Source: Candidatus Latescibacterota bacterium
GTDB lineage: Bacteria; Latescibacterota; UBA2968; UBA8231
NCBI GenBank assembly: GCA_965221775.1
Contig: CBDCSU010000006.1
Span: forward strand, 1,952,001 to 2,016,000
Direction of reading: 5' to 3'
Length of the DNA stretch: 64,000 nt
Shown here: positions 1 to 9,212 of the stretch, one piece after another
Layout: every line of letters starts with the position of its first letter
Numbering within the stretch: the first letter of the stretch is position 1
The notes under the pieces: generated by a model
Database searches by the model: none
What the model was told of the DNA's origin: nothing
The model's input: only the letters and a program-made list of their open reading frames with translations
Position numbers and translations under genes: made by a program

Positions 1-317
1 TCGAGCTGGTGCCCGGGTTCCGGCTGGACGAGCCCACGGCGGTGCTCTTCGGCGGCGACCGGTTGGGGGAGTACGGCTTCGAGTTCGCGGAGATCGACCG
101 CAAGATCCTCGCCGTGGAGTACGCCGACTTCGGCGCCGCCATCGCCGGCGAGTGCGGCCGCCCCGAGGTCGACGGCCGCCAGGGGGCACGCTCGGTGGCC
201 CTGGCCTACGCCTGGATGGAGTCGCAGGCCGCCGGGCGGGCGGTCACGGTGGAGGAGGTCCTCGAGGACCGCCTGCACGCCTATCAGGACGACATCAACG
301 AGAGTCTGGGGATCTGA
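1..317 (+). CDS. Gfo/Idh/MocA-family oxidoreductase, C-terminal part (truncated by window edge)
   Basis: C-terminal pattern 'EYADFGAAI..GRPEVDGRQGARSVALAYAWMESQAAGRAVTVEEV' is typical of Gfo/Idh/MocA C-termini; stop TGA 315-317 overlaps the next ATG. Confidence 0.6.
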   Translation, partial: ELVPGFRLDEPTAVLFGGDRLGEYGFEFAEIDRKILAVEYADFGAAIAGECGRPEVDGRQGARSVALAYAWMESQAAGRAVTVEEVLEDRLHAYQDDINESLGI

Positions 318-1123
318 TGGCCGCCATCCTCTGCCCCCGCTGCCACAAGCTGATCAGCGCCGACGAGCCCCGGTGTCCGCACTGCGGGCAGATCCGCCCC
401 GGCATGTTCGGCCTCGCCAGCCGCATGCGGAAGCTCGGCCTGAGCCTCGACTTCCCCCACGTGATCACCGTGGTCTGCGTGGGCCTGTACGTCTTGTGCC
501 TGGCCCTGGACCCGGGCGCCATCCTGCAGACCCGGGGGCTGATGAGCATCCTGGCGCCGTCGTCGAGAGCCACCCTCGAGGCGGGCATGACCGGCGGCTA
601 CCCGGTCCTCTACCTCGGCCGCTGGTGGACGGTGATCACCGCCATCTACCTCCACGGCAGCCTGCTCCACATCTTCTTCAACCTCATGTGGGTGCGGCAG
701 CTGGGGCCGCTGGTGAGCGAGCTCTTCGGCCCGTGGCGGCTGTTCGCCATCTTCACCATCTCGGGGGCGGTCGGCTTCATCGCCTCGGTGGCCATGGGCA
801 GCGCCGCCACCCTGGGCGCCTCGGGGTCGATCTTCGGGCTGCTGGCCGCCGCCATCGCCTACGGCCGCCGACGCGGCGCCGACCTGTTCACCCGCCAGTA
901 CCTGCAGTGGGCGGTGCTGCTCTTCATCTTCGGCCTCCTCATGCCCAACATCGACAACTGGGCCCACGGCGGCGGCTTCGTCGGCGGCTATGCCGCGGCC
1001 TGGATGTTCAGCCGCTCTCCCGACGAGCGCGAGGGCATCGGCACCTACGTCCTGGCCGGGCTCTGCGCCGTGGCCACGGTCCTCGCCTTCCTCTTCCAGT
1101 TCTTCGCCGCCATCACCTCTTGA
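317..1123 (+). CDS. Rhomboid intramembrane serine protease with N-terminal zinc-ribbon (CPRC..CPHC)
   Basis: TGATG coupling; rhomboid motifs HGSLLHIFFN, GASG (catalytic Ser) and AHGGG (catalytic His); multiple TM helices. Confidence 0.9.
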   Translation: MAAILCPRCHKLISADEPRCPHCGQIRPGMFGLASRMRKLGLSLDFPHVITVVCVGLYVLCLALDPGAILQTRGLMSILAPSSRATLEAGMTGGYPVLYLGRWWTVITAIYLHGSLLHIFFNLMWVRQLGPLVSELFGPWRLFAIFTISGAVGFIASVAMGSAATLGASGSIFGLLAAAIAYGRRRGADLFTRQYLQWAVLLFIFGLLMPNIDNWAHGGGFVGGYAAAWMFSRSPDEREGIGTYVLAGLCAVATVLAFLFQFFAAITS

Positions 1124-1782
1124 GCACCGCCGCCGAGCTCCTCGACGTGCTCGCCGAGGACGGCAGCGTCGTGAGCCGCAAGCCGCGCCACCTCGTGCAC
1201 CGCGACCACGACCTGCACGGGCTCGTCTTCGTGTGGTCGGCCTTCGCCGCGGGGGAGCGGCCGGTGATGGTCCTGCAGCGCCGGGGCCGCCCGGGCGACC
1301 CCTACGCCGGCCAGGTCGACGCCCTCGCCGGCGGTCACATCCTCGCCGGCGAGACCGCCGTCGACGCCGGCCGGCGGGAGCTGCTCGAAGAGGTGGGGCT
1401 GACGGCCGCCGCCGGCGACCTGCTCTTCCTGGGGTCGAGCCGCATGGAGCGGCCCACCGGCGACTGCCGCAGAATCGTGCAGCACCTGCTGCTCTACCCG
1501 GTGCCGCTGGAGCTGTCGCAACTGCGGTTCAGCGACGAGGTGGACGGCCTCGCCGAGGTCGATCTGGAGGAGTTCTCGGAGCTGATACTGGGGAGGCGGT
1601 CGAGTCTGCGGGGGCGGATCCGGTTCGCCGGCGAGCGGGAACAGATCGTCGAGCAGGAACTGCCGAGATCGGCGGTGGCCGGCTATCCGGACGAGATCCT
1701 CGACACCTTCCGGCGCAGCCTCGCCTCCATCCGGGGCTGGGCCCGCACCGGGCAGATCGATCCTGGTTGTTTCGCGGGGTGA
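1120..1782 (+). CDS. NUDIX hydrolase (IPP-isomerase type 1-like)
   Basis: TTG start overlaps the rhomboid stop; Nudix box GGHILAGETAVDAGRRELLEEVGL; N-terminal 'ELLDVL..RHLVHRDHDLH'. Confidence 0.8.
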   Translation: MSTAAELLDVLAEDGSVVSRKPRHLVHRDHDLHGLVFVWSAFAAGERPVMVLQRRGRPGDPYAGQVDALAGGHILAGETAVDAGRRELLEEVGLTAAAGDLLFLGSSRMERPTGDCRRIVQHLLLYPVPLELSQLRFSDEVDGLAEVDLEEFSELILGRRSSLRGRIRFAGEREQIVEQELPRSAVAGYPDEILDTFRRSLASIRGWARTGQIDPGCFAG

Positions 1783-2055
1783 CGAGGCGTCGGGCGCGGC
1801 GGGGGTCCGGGGTGGCGCACGCCCGGCCGATTCGCTCCCGGCTGCATCGAGGGGTGGGGTGCCGGGCGCGGGGCCCCGCCGGCGTGTGCATCGATCCTGC
1901 TGTTTCACGGACTGCAAGCGTGCCGGGCGCGGCGGGCCCCGCCGGGGTGTCCAGGCCAGGCTGCAAACGCGAAATGCGCGGAAGGGCTCGGACGGGGTGT
2001 TGCGGGCCGAGTGATCCCGGCTGCGTCGCGGCGCCTAGAGGGGTGGGGGCCGGCG
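1753..2055. repeat. Degenerate tandem duplication starting at the 3' end of the NUDIX gene
   Basis: ATCGATCCTG(G)TTGTTTC at 1756 vs ATCGATCCTGCTGTTTC at 1890; GTGCCGGGCGCGG..GGCCCCGCCGG at about 1859 and 1920; TCCCGGCTGC..GAGGGGTGGGG at about 1836 and 2015. Confidence 0.55.
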
Positions 2056-2074
2056 CGAGTGCCCGGGGGCTGCG

Positions 2075-2740
2075 TCAGGCCAGGACGCGCACCTCGCCGT
2101 CCTCGACGCGCACCGGGTAGCTGGCGACGCTGCGGCCGGGGCGGGTGAGACAGGCGCCGCTGGTGACGTCGAAGGTCCAGCCGTGGCGGTGGCAGGTGAC
2201 GACGCTGCCATCCAGGGAGCCGCAGCCGAGCTCGCCGCCCTCGTGGAGGCAGGTGTTGGAGGTGGCGTGGAAGGACCCGTCGACGTTGAACAGGGCCAGG
2301 GAGCGGCCCCGGGCCTCGACGACGACGGCGCCCCCCGGGGGCAGGTCGCCGGCCCGGGCCACCGTCGTCCACTCGGGGTCGCCGGGGGGCTCGGCGGGTT
2401 CCTCCGCGGGGTCGGCGGGAAGGTCGAGGGAGCGCAGGACCTGCACTGCCTCGATCACGTTGGTCAGACCCGCGGCGGGGTAGGCGCAGAGGATGGCGTC
2501 GAGGACCTCGTCGCGGGTGGCGCCCTCGCGCATGGCCCGCGGGATGTACTGGCGCAGGCCGCGCGGCGACAGGCGCACGACCTTGGTGACGATGGAGATC
2601 AGAAAGCGGGTCTTGGGGTCGAGGTGGCGCCCCGACTCCCGAAAGAAGGCGAGGAGGTGGCCCATCGCCTCGGGGCGCTCCCGCGACAGCCACTTCAGAC
2701 CGCTGAGCTTCTCGCCGTCCCTGCCTTCGTCGTCTGCCAT
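2075..2740 (-). CDS. Carboxymuconolactone-decarboxylase/AhpD-like domain fused to a Rieske [2Fe-2S] ferredoxin
   Basis: N-half 'LDPKTRFLISI..RAMREGATRDEVLDAI..AYPAAG' (CMD-like); C-half Rieske ligands C-L-H..C-H-R-H-G-W-x-F-D. Confidence 0.8.
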   Translation of the reverse strand: MADDEGRDGEKLSGLKWLSRERPEAMGHLLAFFRESGRHLDPKTRFLISIVTKVVRLSPRGLRQYIPRAMREGATRDEVLDAILCAYPAAGLTNVIEAVQVLRSLDLPADPAEEPAEPPGDPEWTTVARAGDLPPGGAVVVEARGRSLALFNVDGSFHATSNTCLHEGGELGCGSLDGSVVTCHRHGWTFDVTSGACLTRPGRSVASYPVRVEDGEVRVLA

Positions 2741-2755
2741 GGGTAGAATATAACC
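2741..2755. promoter_or_regulatory. Overlapping back-to-back -10 elements (TAGAAT on +, TATATT on -), putative bidirectional leaderless promoter
   Basis: 15-bp spacer GGGTAGAATATAACC between divergent start codons; each hexamer ends 6 nt before its start codon. Confidence 0.55.
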
Positions 2756-4510
2756 GTGCCTGAGAGATGCGATACGCGTGACGCCCGACGCCTGGCCGCC
2801 CTGCTGGAGCGGATCGACGGTTCCGGCTACCGGGCCTACCGCGACCTGCGCGGCGCCTGGGACTTCGGCGAGGCCGAGGTCCCCTTCCGCCAGCACGTCG
2901 ATCACGTGCAGGCCGACCCCTTCGCCGCCCCGAGCCGCATGCGCGTCCGCCTCGACCCGTCCGTGGCCGGCTTTCCCGCCCGCAGTTTCACCGCGGGTCC
3001 CCGGCGGCGCGCCCTGTGCTCGTACCTGGCGCTGCGGTTCTCGGACGAGGCCGGTGATTCGCCCCGGGGCGCGGGATCGGGCCACTCGGGCCGGATCGCC
3101 ATCGACCGCCCGGGGCAGCAGGTGCTGGAGCGGACCTGCGTCCTCATCGGCGACGAGGGCTCGGTGGAAGCGCGGTTCGTCGCCGGGTTGCCCGCCGCCG
3201 GTCGCCGGGTTCTGGGACGGGCCGCCGCCGACCTGCTCTGCCGCCGCCTGCCCGGGATCGTCGCCCGCGCGCTGCTCTGGGAGAGCTGCGACGAGGGCGA
3301 GATCGACGAGTGGACGCGCACCGCCGAGGACGCCGCCGCTCTGCGCGCGGCCCTGGCCGAGGGCGGATGGGTCGGCTTTGTCGCCGACGGGGCGGTGCTG
3401 CCCCGCCGGTCCGGCGTCGACGACCGGCCCCTGGCCGGCGCCGTCCCCTTCCGCTCTCCCCCCTCGCTGCGGGTGGAGCTGCCCACGCCCAACGCCGGTC
3501 CGGTGACGGGCATGGGAATCCCGGAGGGCGTGACCCTCATCGTCGGGGGCGGGTTCCACGGCAAGTCGACGCTGCTGTCAGCGCTGGCCCGCGGCGTCTA
3601 CGACCACCGGCCCGGGGACGGCCGCGAGCGGGTGGTCACCGATCCCACGGCGGTGGCGGTGCGCGCCGAGGACGGCCGCAGCACCGCCGGCGTCGACCTG
3701 AGCCCCTTCATCGGCGACCTTCCCTTCGACCACGACAACGCCTTCTTCTGCACCGGCCACGCTTCGGGCTCGACTTCCCAGGCGGCGGCGATCGTCGAGG
3801 CCCTGGAAGCCGGCACCCGCTGCCTGCTGGTCGACGAGGACACGGCGGCGACCAACTTCATGATCCGCGACGGCCGCATGCAGCAGCTCGTGGCCCGGGA
3901 GCAGGAGCCGGTGCGGCCCTTCATCGACCGGGTGCGCCAGCTCCACGAGGAGGCGGGCGTCTCCACGGTCCTGGTCATGGGCGGGACGGGCGACTACTTC
4001 GGCGAGGCGGACACGGTGATCGCCATGGAGCGCTACGAGCCGCGCGACGTGACCGTCCGCGCCCACGCCATCGCCCGCGCCCACGCGGGGGACCGCACCC
4101 GGGAGACGACGGGTCCGGTGGCGGGGGGAGTCTCGCGCGTGCCCCTGCCGGAGAGCATCGACCCGAGGCGCGGGCGCCGCGAGGTGAGCTGGAAGGCGAG
4201 GGGGCCCTTCGAGCTGCGCTTCGGGGAGGAGGAGATCGACCTCTCCGCCGTGGCGCAGCTGGTCGACGCGGGACAGACGCGGGCCATCGCCGAGGCCATC
4301 CTCCGGGGGCGGGAGCGCTACATCGACGGCCGCCGCGGCCTGGCGGAGATCCTCGACCGGCTGATGGCCGATGTCGCCGCCGGGGGGCTGGACGCCCTCT
4401 CCTCCCGGCCCTCGGGGGATCTCGCCGGTTTCCGCCGCTTCGAGCTGGCTGCCGCCCTCAACCGGCTGCGCACCTTGCGGGTGCGCCACCCGGAGGAGGT
4501 TTCCGCGTGA
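2756..4510 (+). CDS. Predicted ABC-class ATPase (ABC_ATPase/PF09818-like, MRB1590-like)
   Basis: N-terminal DHVQADPFAAPSR, Walker A GGGFHGKST, ASGSTSQAA, Walker B LLVDEDTAATNFMIRD, C-terminal RRFELAAALNRLR. Confidence 0.85.
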   Translation: MPERCDTRDARRLAALLERIDGSGYRAYRDLRGAWDFGEAEVPFRQHVDHVQADPFAAPSRMRVRLDPSVAGFPARSFTAGPRRRALCSYLALRFSDEAGDSPRGAGSGHSGRIAIDRPGQQVLERTCVLIGDEGSVEARFVAGLPAAGRRVLGRAAADLLCRRLPGIVARALLWESCDEGEIDEWTRTAEDAAALRAALAEGGWVGFVADGAVLPRRSGVDDRPLAGAVPFRSPPSLRVELPTPNAGPVTGMGIPEGVTLIVGGGFHGKSTLLSALARGVYDHRPGDGRERVVTDPTAVAVRAEDGRSTAGVDLSPFIGDLPFDHDNAFFCTGHASGSTSQAAAIVEALEAGTRCLLVDEDTAATNFMIRDGRMQQLVAREQEPVRPFIDRVRQLHEEAGVSTVLVMGGTGDYFGEADTVIAMERYEPRDVTVRAHAIARAHAGDRTRETTGPVAGGVSRVPLPESIDPRRGRREVSWKARGPFELRFGEEEIDLSAVAQLVDAGQTRAIAEAILRGRERYIDGRRGLAEILDRLMADVAAGGLDALSSRPSGDLAGFRRFELAAALNRLRTLRVRHPEEVSA

Positions 4511-5265
4511 TCTCGGTGGAGGCGGTCACCCGCGTCTTCGGCTCCGGCGCCGGCGCCATCACCGCCGTGGACGATGTCTCCTTCCAGGTCGATCGGGGGG
4601 AGATCGTCGGCTTCGTGGGGCCCAACGGCGCCGGCAAGTCGACGATGCTGAAGATGCTGGCCACCTACCTGCTGCCCACCTCGGGAAGCATCTCCGTCGC
4701 CGGGCACGATGCCGCCGAGGACCCCCTGGAGGTGCGCCGCCGCATCGGCTACCTGCCGGGGGACACGCCCCTCTACGGCGACATGGTGGTCGAGGACCTG
4801 CTGCGCTTCGCGGCGCGCGCCCACGGCCTGGGCGGGGACCGCCTCGAGGAGGCCGTGGAGCGCACCGTCGACCTGTGCGGCATCGGCCCCGTCCGCACCC
4901 TGCGGGTGCGCCAGTGCTCCACGGGGTTCCGCCAGCGCGTGGGCCTGTCCATCGCTCTCGTCCACGACCCGCCGGTGCTGCTGCTGGACGAGCCGACCCA
5001 CGGCTTCGACCCGCTGCAGGTGATCGCCTTCCGCCAGCAGCTCGCCGGTCTCAAGCAGGACCGGGCGATCCTGTTCTCCACCCACATCATCCCCGACGTG
5101 GAGGCCGTGAGCGACCGCGTCCTCATCATCCACCAGGGCCGCCTCCTCGGCGACGGCCCCCTGGGGGAGCAGGTTGAAGCCGCCGGCCTTCCGGAAGCCG
5201 GCCTCGAGGAGCTCTTCGCCCACCTCGTCTCCGCCTCCGGCGACGATCATGGCCTCGGACGCTGA
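4507..5265 (+). CDS. ABC transporter ATP-binding subunit (GldA-like)
   Basis: GTGA overlap; GPNGAGKST, signature variant CSTGFRQR, LLLDEPT, H-loop STH. Confidence 0.9.
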   Translation: MISVEAVTRVFGSGAGAITAVDDVSFQVDRGEIVGFVGPNGAGKSTMLKMLATYLLPTSGSISVAGHDAAEDPLEVRRRIGYLPGDTPLYGDMVVEDLLRFAARAHGLGGDRLEEAVERTVDLCGIGPVRTLRVRQCSTGFRQRVGLSIALVHDPPVLLLDEPTHGFDPLQVIAFRQQLAGLKQDRAILFSTHIIPDVEAVSDRVLIIHQGRLLGDGPLGEQVEAAGLPEAGLEELFAHLVSASGDDHGLGR

Positions 5266-6031
5266 GACCGGGGGACGGGGGCGCCTCCTCCGCGACTTCG
5301 CCGCCGGCGCGCGTCTGGTCGCCGGCCGCGAGCTGCGCGCCATCTTCGACTCCCCCATCGCCTACATCTACGCGGGCGTCTTCCTGGTCCTGTCGGGGAC
5401 CACCTTCATGAACGCCTTCTTCCTCGAAGGCGTCGTCGACATGTCCCCCTGGTTCGAGGTCCTGCCCTTCCTGCTGATCCCCTTCGTGCCGGCCATCACC
5501 ATGCGCTCCTGGTCGGAGGAGCACGCCCAGGGGACGGTGGAGCTGCTGCTGACCCTGCCCCTGGAGCCGATGCGGGTGGTGGCCGGCAAGTACGCCGCCG
5601 CCCTTCTCTACTACCTCGTCGTCATCGCCGGGTCCCTGCCGATCGTGGTCATGCTGGTGTGGCTGGGGGAGCCCGACCTGGGCATGATCCTGGCCGGCTA
5701 TCTGGGCGCCCTGCTCCTCGGCGCCCTGTTCCTCGCCTTCGGCCAGTTCCTCTCCAGCCTGACCCACAACCAGATCGTCGCCTTCGTCCTCGCCGCCATG
5801 ACCGCCTTCCTCCTCGTCTTCAGCGGCCATCCGCAGGCGGTGGAGATCCTCGACGGCCTCGCCCCGGCCTGGCAGCCGGGGACCTGGCTGGCCGAGTCGG
5901 TCTCCTGCCTGCCCCACTACCAGGCCTTCGCCGGCGGTCTGGTCGGGCTGGACCATCTCCTCTACTTCGTCCTCCTCTGCGCCTTCTTCCTGTGGATGAC
6001 GCGGATCGGCCTGCAGCGCCTCAAGTACTGA
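5249..6031 (+). CDS. ABC-2 type permease (GldF-like)
   Basis: 'RELRAIFDSPIAY', 'PAITMRSWSEE..GTVELLLTLP..VVAGKY', 'SSLTHNQIVAF'; about 6 TM helices. Confidence 0.88.
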   Translation: MASDAETGGRGRLLRDFAAGARLVAGRELRAIFDSPIAYIYAGVFLVLSGTTFMNAFFLEGVVDMSPWFEVLPFLLIPFVPAITMRSWSEEHAQGTVELLLTLPLEPMRVVAGKYAAALLYYLVVIAGSLPIVVMLVWLGEPDLGMILAGYLGALLLGALFLAFGQFLSSLTHNQIVAFVLAAMTAFLLVFSGHPQAVEILDGLAPAWQPGTWLAESVSCLPHYQAFAGGLVGLDHLLYFVLLCAFFLWMTRIGLQRLKY

Positions 6032-6041
6032 AGGAATCGCC

Positions 6042-9000
6042 TTGAAGCGGACCTTCCTGCTCCAGGCCCTCGCCGGCGCCGTCCTGCTCTTCGGGATCAC
6101 GGTCTACGCCGGACGGCTGCTGGGCGCCGCGGGGTCGGCCGCCCACCTCGATCTCGGGGGCCGCCACCCGGCCACCGTGCCGGCCGAGCTGCGCCGTCTC
6201 CTGCGCGGCCTCGACGGCGAGCTGACCGCCACCCTCTTCGTCAGCGGCCGCGAGCGCATGCCCTCCCACCTGCGGGAGGTGGAGGCGACGTCGCGGGCTC
6301 TGCTCGAGGAGATGGAGGACGCCGCCGGGGGGCGCTTCAGCTACCGGGTCATCGATCCCGGCCTCTCCGGGCCGGCGGGCGCCCGCTACGCCGCCTCGCG
6401 CCGGGCGAGTCCGATCCGCGTGCGCCGCGTCGTCGACGACGCCGAGAGCCAGGCGGAGATCTGGTCGTCCCTGGTGTTCTCCCGGGAGGGCCGGCCGCGG
6501 CGGGAGGACATCCTCATCCAGGGGATCGAGAACGCCCATCTGCCGCACCTGGCCCGCCTGGTGGCGGCGCGGCTGACGGCGGGGGAGTCGGCGCCGCAGG
6601 CCTCCTTCGCCCTCTCGGCGCCGCCGGGGTACGGGAAGTTCCCCCGCTACCTGAGCCAGCACGGCCCCGTCGTCGAGATCGACGTCGATGCGGGCGGCTT
6701 CATCCCCCGCGACGTGGACGTCCTGTTCTGGCTGGAGCCGCGGCGGGTGACGCGGCAGCACATCGCCGCGCTGCGCCAGTTCCTGGCCTCGGGACGGACC
6801 GCCGTCCTGGCGGGCAGCGCCTACCGCGTGCGCTACTCCGCCGGCGAGGAGGGGGAGGTGCGCTTCCGCGTCGAGGGGCAGGGCGGCGCCTGGGAGCGGC
6901 TCCTGGAACCCTTCGGCCTGGAGCCGGTGGCGGATCTGCTCATGGACCGCAACGCCGGCCCGGTGACGGTCCCGGTGGACGGGGTGGAGGGCGAGGTGGA
7001 GGCCCCCTTCCACCTGCGAAACCTGCCCGCCTTCCGCGACTTCCGCCCCTTCCGGACGCCGGCCCGGGGCGGTCTGAGTTTCACGGCCGCAAGCCCCCTG
7101 CGCGTCGACCCGCGCCGGGTGGCCGCGGCAGGCTACCAGGCTCACGTGGCCGCCACCACCACCGAGCACGCCTGGGTGCGGCCCCTGCCGCGGGGCGGGT
7201 TCGGCCTGGAGGACCTGTCCGCGGGCCTGCGCGTGCCCAAGCAGAACCTGATGATCCTGCTCACCCCGGAGGACCCGTGGGCAGGTCAGCTGCTGGTGCT
7301 GGCCTCGGCCAGCCCCTTCCGCGACGAGATCCTCGAGCAGGCCGGGTACGGCCACGCCGTCTTCGTGCGCGACCTGGCCCGCTCCTTCGCAGACCCCGGG
7401 CGGCTGGTGCGGCAGCGGGTCGATCGAGGGTTGCCGCCGGGCCTGCCGCCCCTGTCGGGCGGGGCCCGCGTGGGCTGGCGTCTGGCGGTGGTGGGCCTCG
7501 TGCCTCTGCTGTGGGCGGGGCTGGCCCTGCGGACCCTGCGCGGCGGCCTCCGGCCGGGGGGCGGGTACCGCCCCGCACGGGGCCCGGCGCTCGCGGCCGG
7601 AGGGGCGGTGGCAGCGGTGGCCGTGGTGTTCCTGGCGCTGCGCGGTCCCGTGTCCGGCCTGCACTGGGACCTGACCGCCGCGGGGGTTCACACCCCGGAT
7701 GCCTCGGTGGTCTCGGATCTGCGAAACCGGGCGGCGAAGCTGAAGGCCGAGATGGTGCTGTCGCCGCGGTCGCAGCTGCCCCCCGAGGTGCGCGGCGTGA
7801 CCGACCGCCTGCGGCCGGTGCTGGCCGATGCCGGCGTCGAGGTGGAGGTGCGCCGTCCCGTGGAGGGCCGGGACCCCGGGGTGCCCGCCTTCGAGGTGGA
7901 GCGGGTCCGGCGGGACACGAGTGTCACCACCGAGATCCACAGCGGACTCGTGCTGCGCCAGGACGGCCGCTCGACGACGATCCCCCGCCTCGACCGGCAC
8001 AGCGGCGCCCACCTGGACTTCCTCCTCGCCGCGGCATTGAAGCGGCTCGACGAGGGGCGGGCCCCCGTGGTCACGGTGGTCTCGGACCTGCCGCGCCTGT
8101 CGCCGGCCGAGGCCCACGAGGACTACCAGAAGAAGGGGTTGAGCGCTCCCCAGGGGGTGGACGTGTACGCCCGCGCCAAGGAGATGCTGCGGCAGTACGG
8201 ATACGACGTGCGCCATGTGCCGTTGCGCGAGCCCGTCTTCCCCGAGCGGCCGGGAGCGGTGATCTGGTTCCAGCCGCGGCGGGACTCGACGCCGGTCCTG
8301 ACCTGGCTGAGCCGGCACCTGGCGGGAGGGGGGCGAGCCGTGGTCGCCATGCAGCACTTCAACATCCAGCAGCGCCAGTACCGGGGCACCGGCTTCGGGA
8401 CCGTGCACTGGCCGCAGCCGCAGTTCCAGGACTTCGACCGCTACCTGAAGCTCTTCGGCGTCGAGCAGGTGCGCGAGGTGCTGATGGACCGCAGCCGCCA
8501 CCACCTGGAGTTGGACACCCAGGTGAACCGCACCGCCGTGCGCGAGTACGACCCCCAGCGGGTGGCCCTGCCCTTCCTGATCCGGGCCCTCGGCAGCAAC
8601 CACTCCCGCTCCTCGCCGGTGACCGGCCGGCTCGGGGACCTGCTGTTCATCTGGGGGAACCGCTTCCGCGTGGACGCCGGCGCTCTGGACGAAGCCGGCC
8701 TGCGCTCGCAGGTCCTGGCCACGACGACGGAGCGCGCCTGGTCCTACGACTGGAGCGGCGGCTTCCTGAAGGCGGAGACCCTGCGCGAGACCGCCGGCTA
8801 CCTGCCCGGGCTCCAGAGCCTCGCCCTGACCCTGGAGGGGCGCTTCCCCGCCGTCGAGGCGGAGGAGACCGAAGTGGGCGGCACCCGCCTGGAGGTGCTG
8901 CCGGTTGATGGTGCCCGGGAAGGCTGGATGCTGCTCCTCGGCTCCTCGGAGATGTTCAAGAACCACCGCCTTTTCACCGCCGGCTTCGCCCACGACCAGC

Positions 9001-9212
9001 TGCTGCTGAACGCGGCCGCCATGGCCGCTCTCGGACCGCGGATGGCGGAGTTGCAGGGGCGCGCTAGTGCGCCGGCCAGGGGTTTTGCGGTCCAGGGTTC
9101 GGCGAGCCGCGCCGCCTGGCGATTCGCCGTGATCGGCGGCGCCCCGCTGGCGCTTGCGCTCGTGGGGCTCTGGCGCTGGTGGCGTCCGCCCGCCCGGAGA
9201 GCACGGCCGTGA
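6042..9212 (+). CDS. GldG-like ABC auxiliary membrane protein with two tandem GldG modules
   Basis: Follows the gldA/F-like genes; two internally similar halves (LFWLEPRR/VIWFQPRR, DLLMDRN/EVLMDRS, ATTTEHAW/ATTTERAW), each bounded by TM helices. Confidence 0.75.
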   Translation: MKRTFLLQALAGAVLLFGITVYAGRLLGAAGSAAHLDLGGRHPATVPAELRRLLRGLDGELTATLFVSGRERMPSHLREVEATSRALLEEMEDAAGGRFSYRVIDPGLSGPAGARYAASRRASPIRVRRVVDDAESQAEIWSSLVFSREGRPRREDILIQGIENAHLPHLARLVAARLTAGESAPQASFALSAPPGYGKFPRYLSQHGPVVEIDVDAGGFIPRDVDVLFWLEPRRVTRQHIAALRQFLASGRTAVLAGSAYRVRYSAGEEGEVRFRVEGQGGAWERLLEPFGLEPVADLLMDRNAGPVTVPVDGVEGEVEAPFHLRNLPAFRDFRPFRTPARGGLSFTAASPLRVDPRRVAAAGYQAHVAATTTEHAWVRPLPRGGFGLEDLSAGLRVPKQNLMILLTPEDPWAGQLLVLASASPFRDEILEQAGYGHAVFVRDLARSFADPGRLVRQRVDRGLPPGLPPLSGGARVGWRLAVVGLVPLLWAGLALRTLRGGLRPGGGYRPARGPALAAGGAVAAVAVVFLALRGPVSGLHWDLTAAGVHTPDASVVSDLRNRAAKLKAEMVLSPRSQLPPEVRGVTDRLRPVLADAGVEVEVRRPVEGRDPGVPAFEVERVRRDTSVTTEIHSGLVLRQDGRSTTIPRLDRHSGAHLDFLLAAALKRLDEGRAPVVTVVSDLPRLSPAEAHEDYQKKGLSAPQGVDVYARAKEMLRQYGYDVRHVPLREPVFPERPGAVIWFQPRRDSTPVLTWLSRHLAGGGRAVVAMQHFNIQQRQYRGTGFGTVHWPQPQFQDFDRYLKLFGVEQVREVLMDRSRHHLELDTQVNRTAVREYDPQRVALPFLIRALGSNHSRSSPVTGRLGDLLFIWGNRFRVDAGALDEAGLRSQVLATTTERAWSYDWSGGFLKAETLRETAGYLPGLQSLALTLEGRFPAVEAEETEVGGTRLEVLPVDGAREGWMLLLGSSEMFKNHRLFTAGFAHDQLLLNAAAMAALGPRMAELQGRASAPARGFAVQGSASRAAWRFAVIGGAPLALALVGLWRWWRPPARRARP

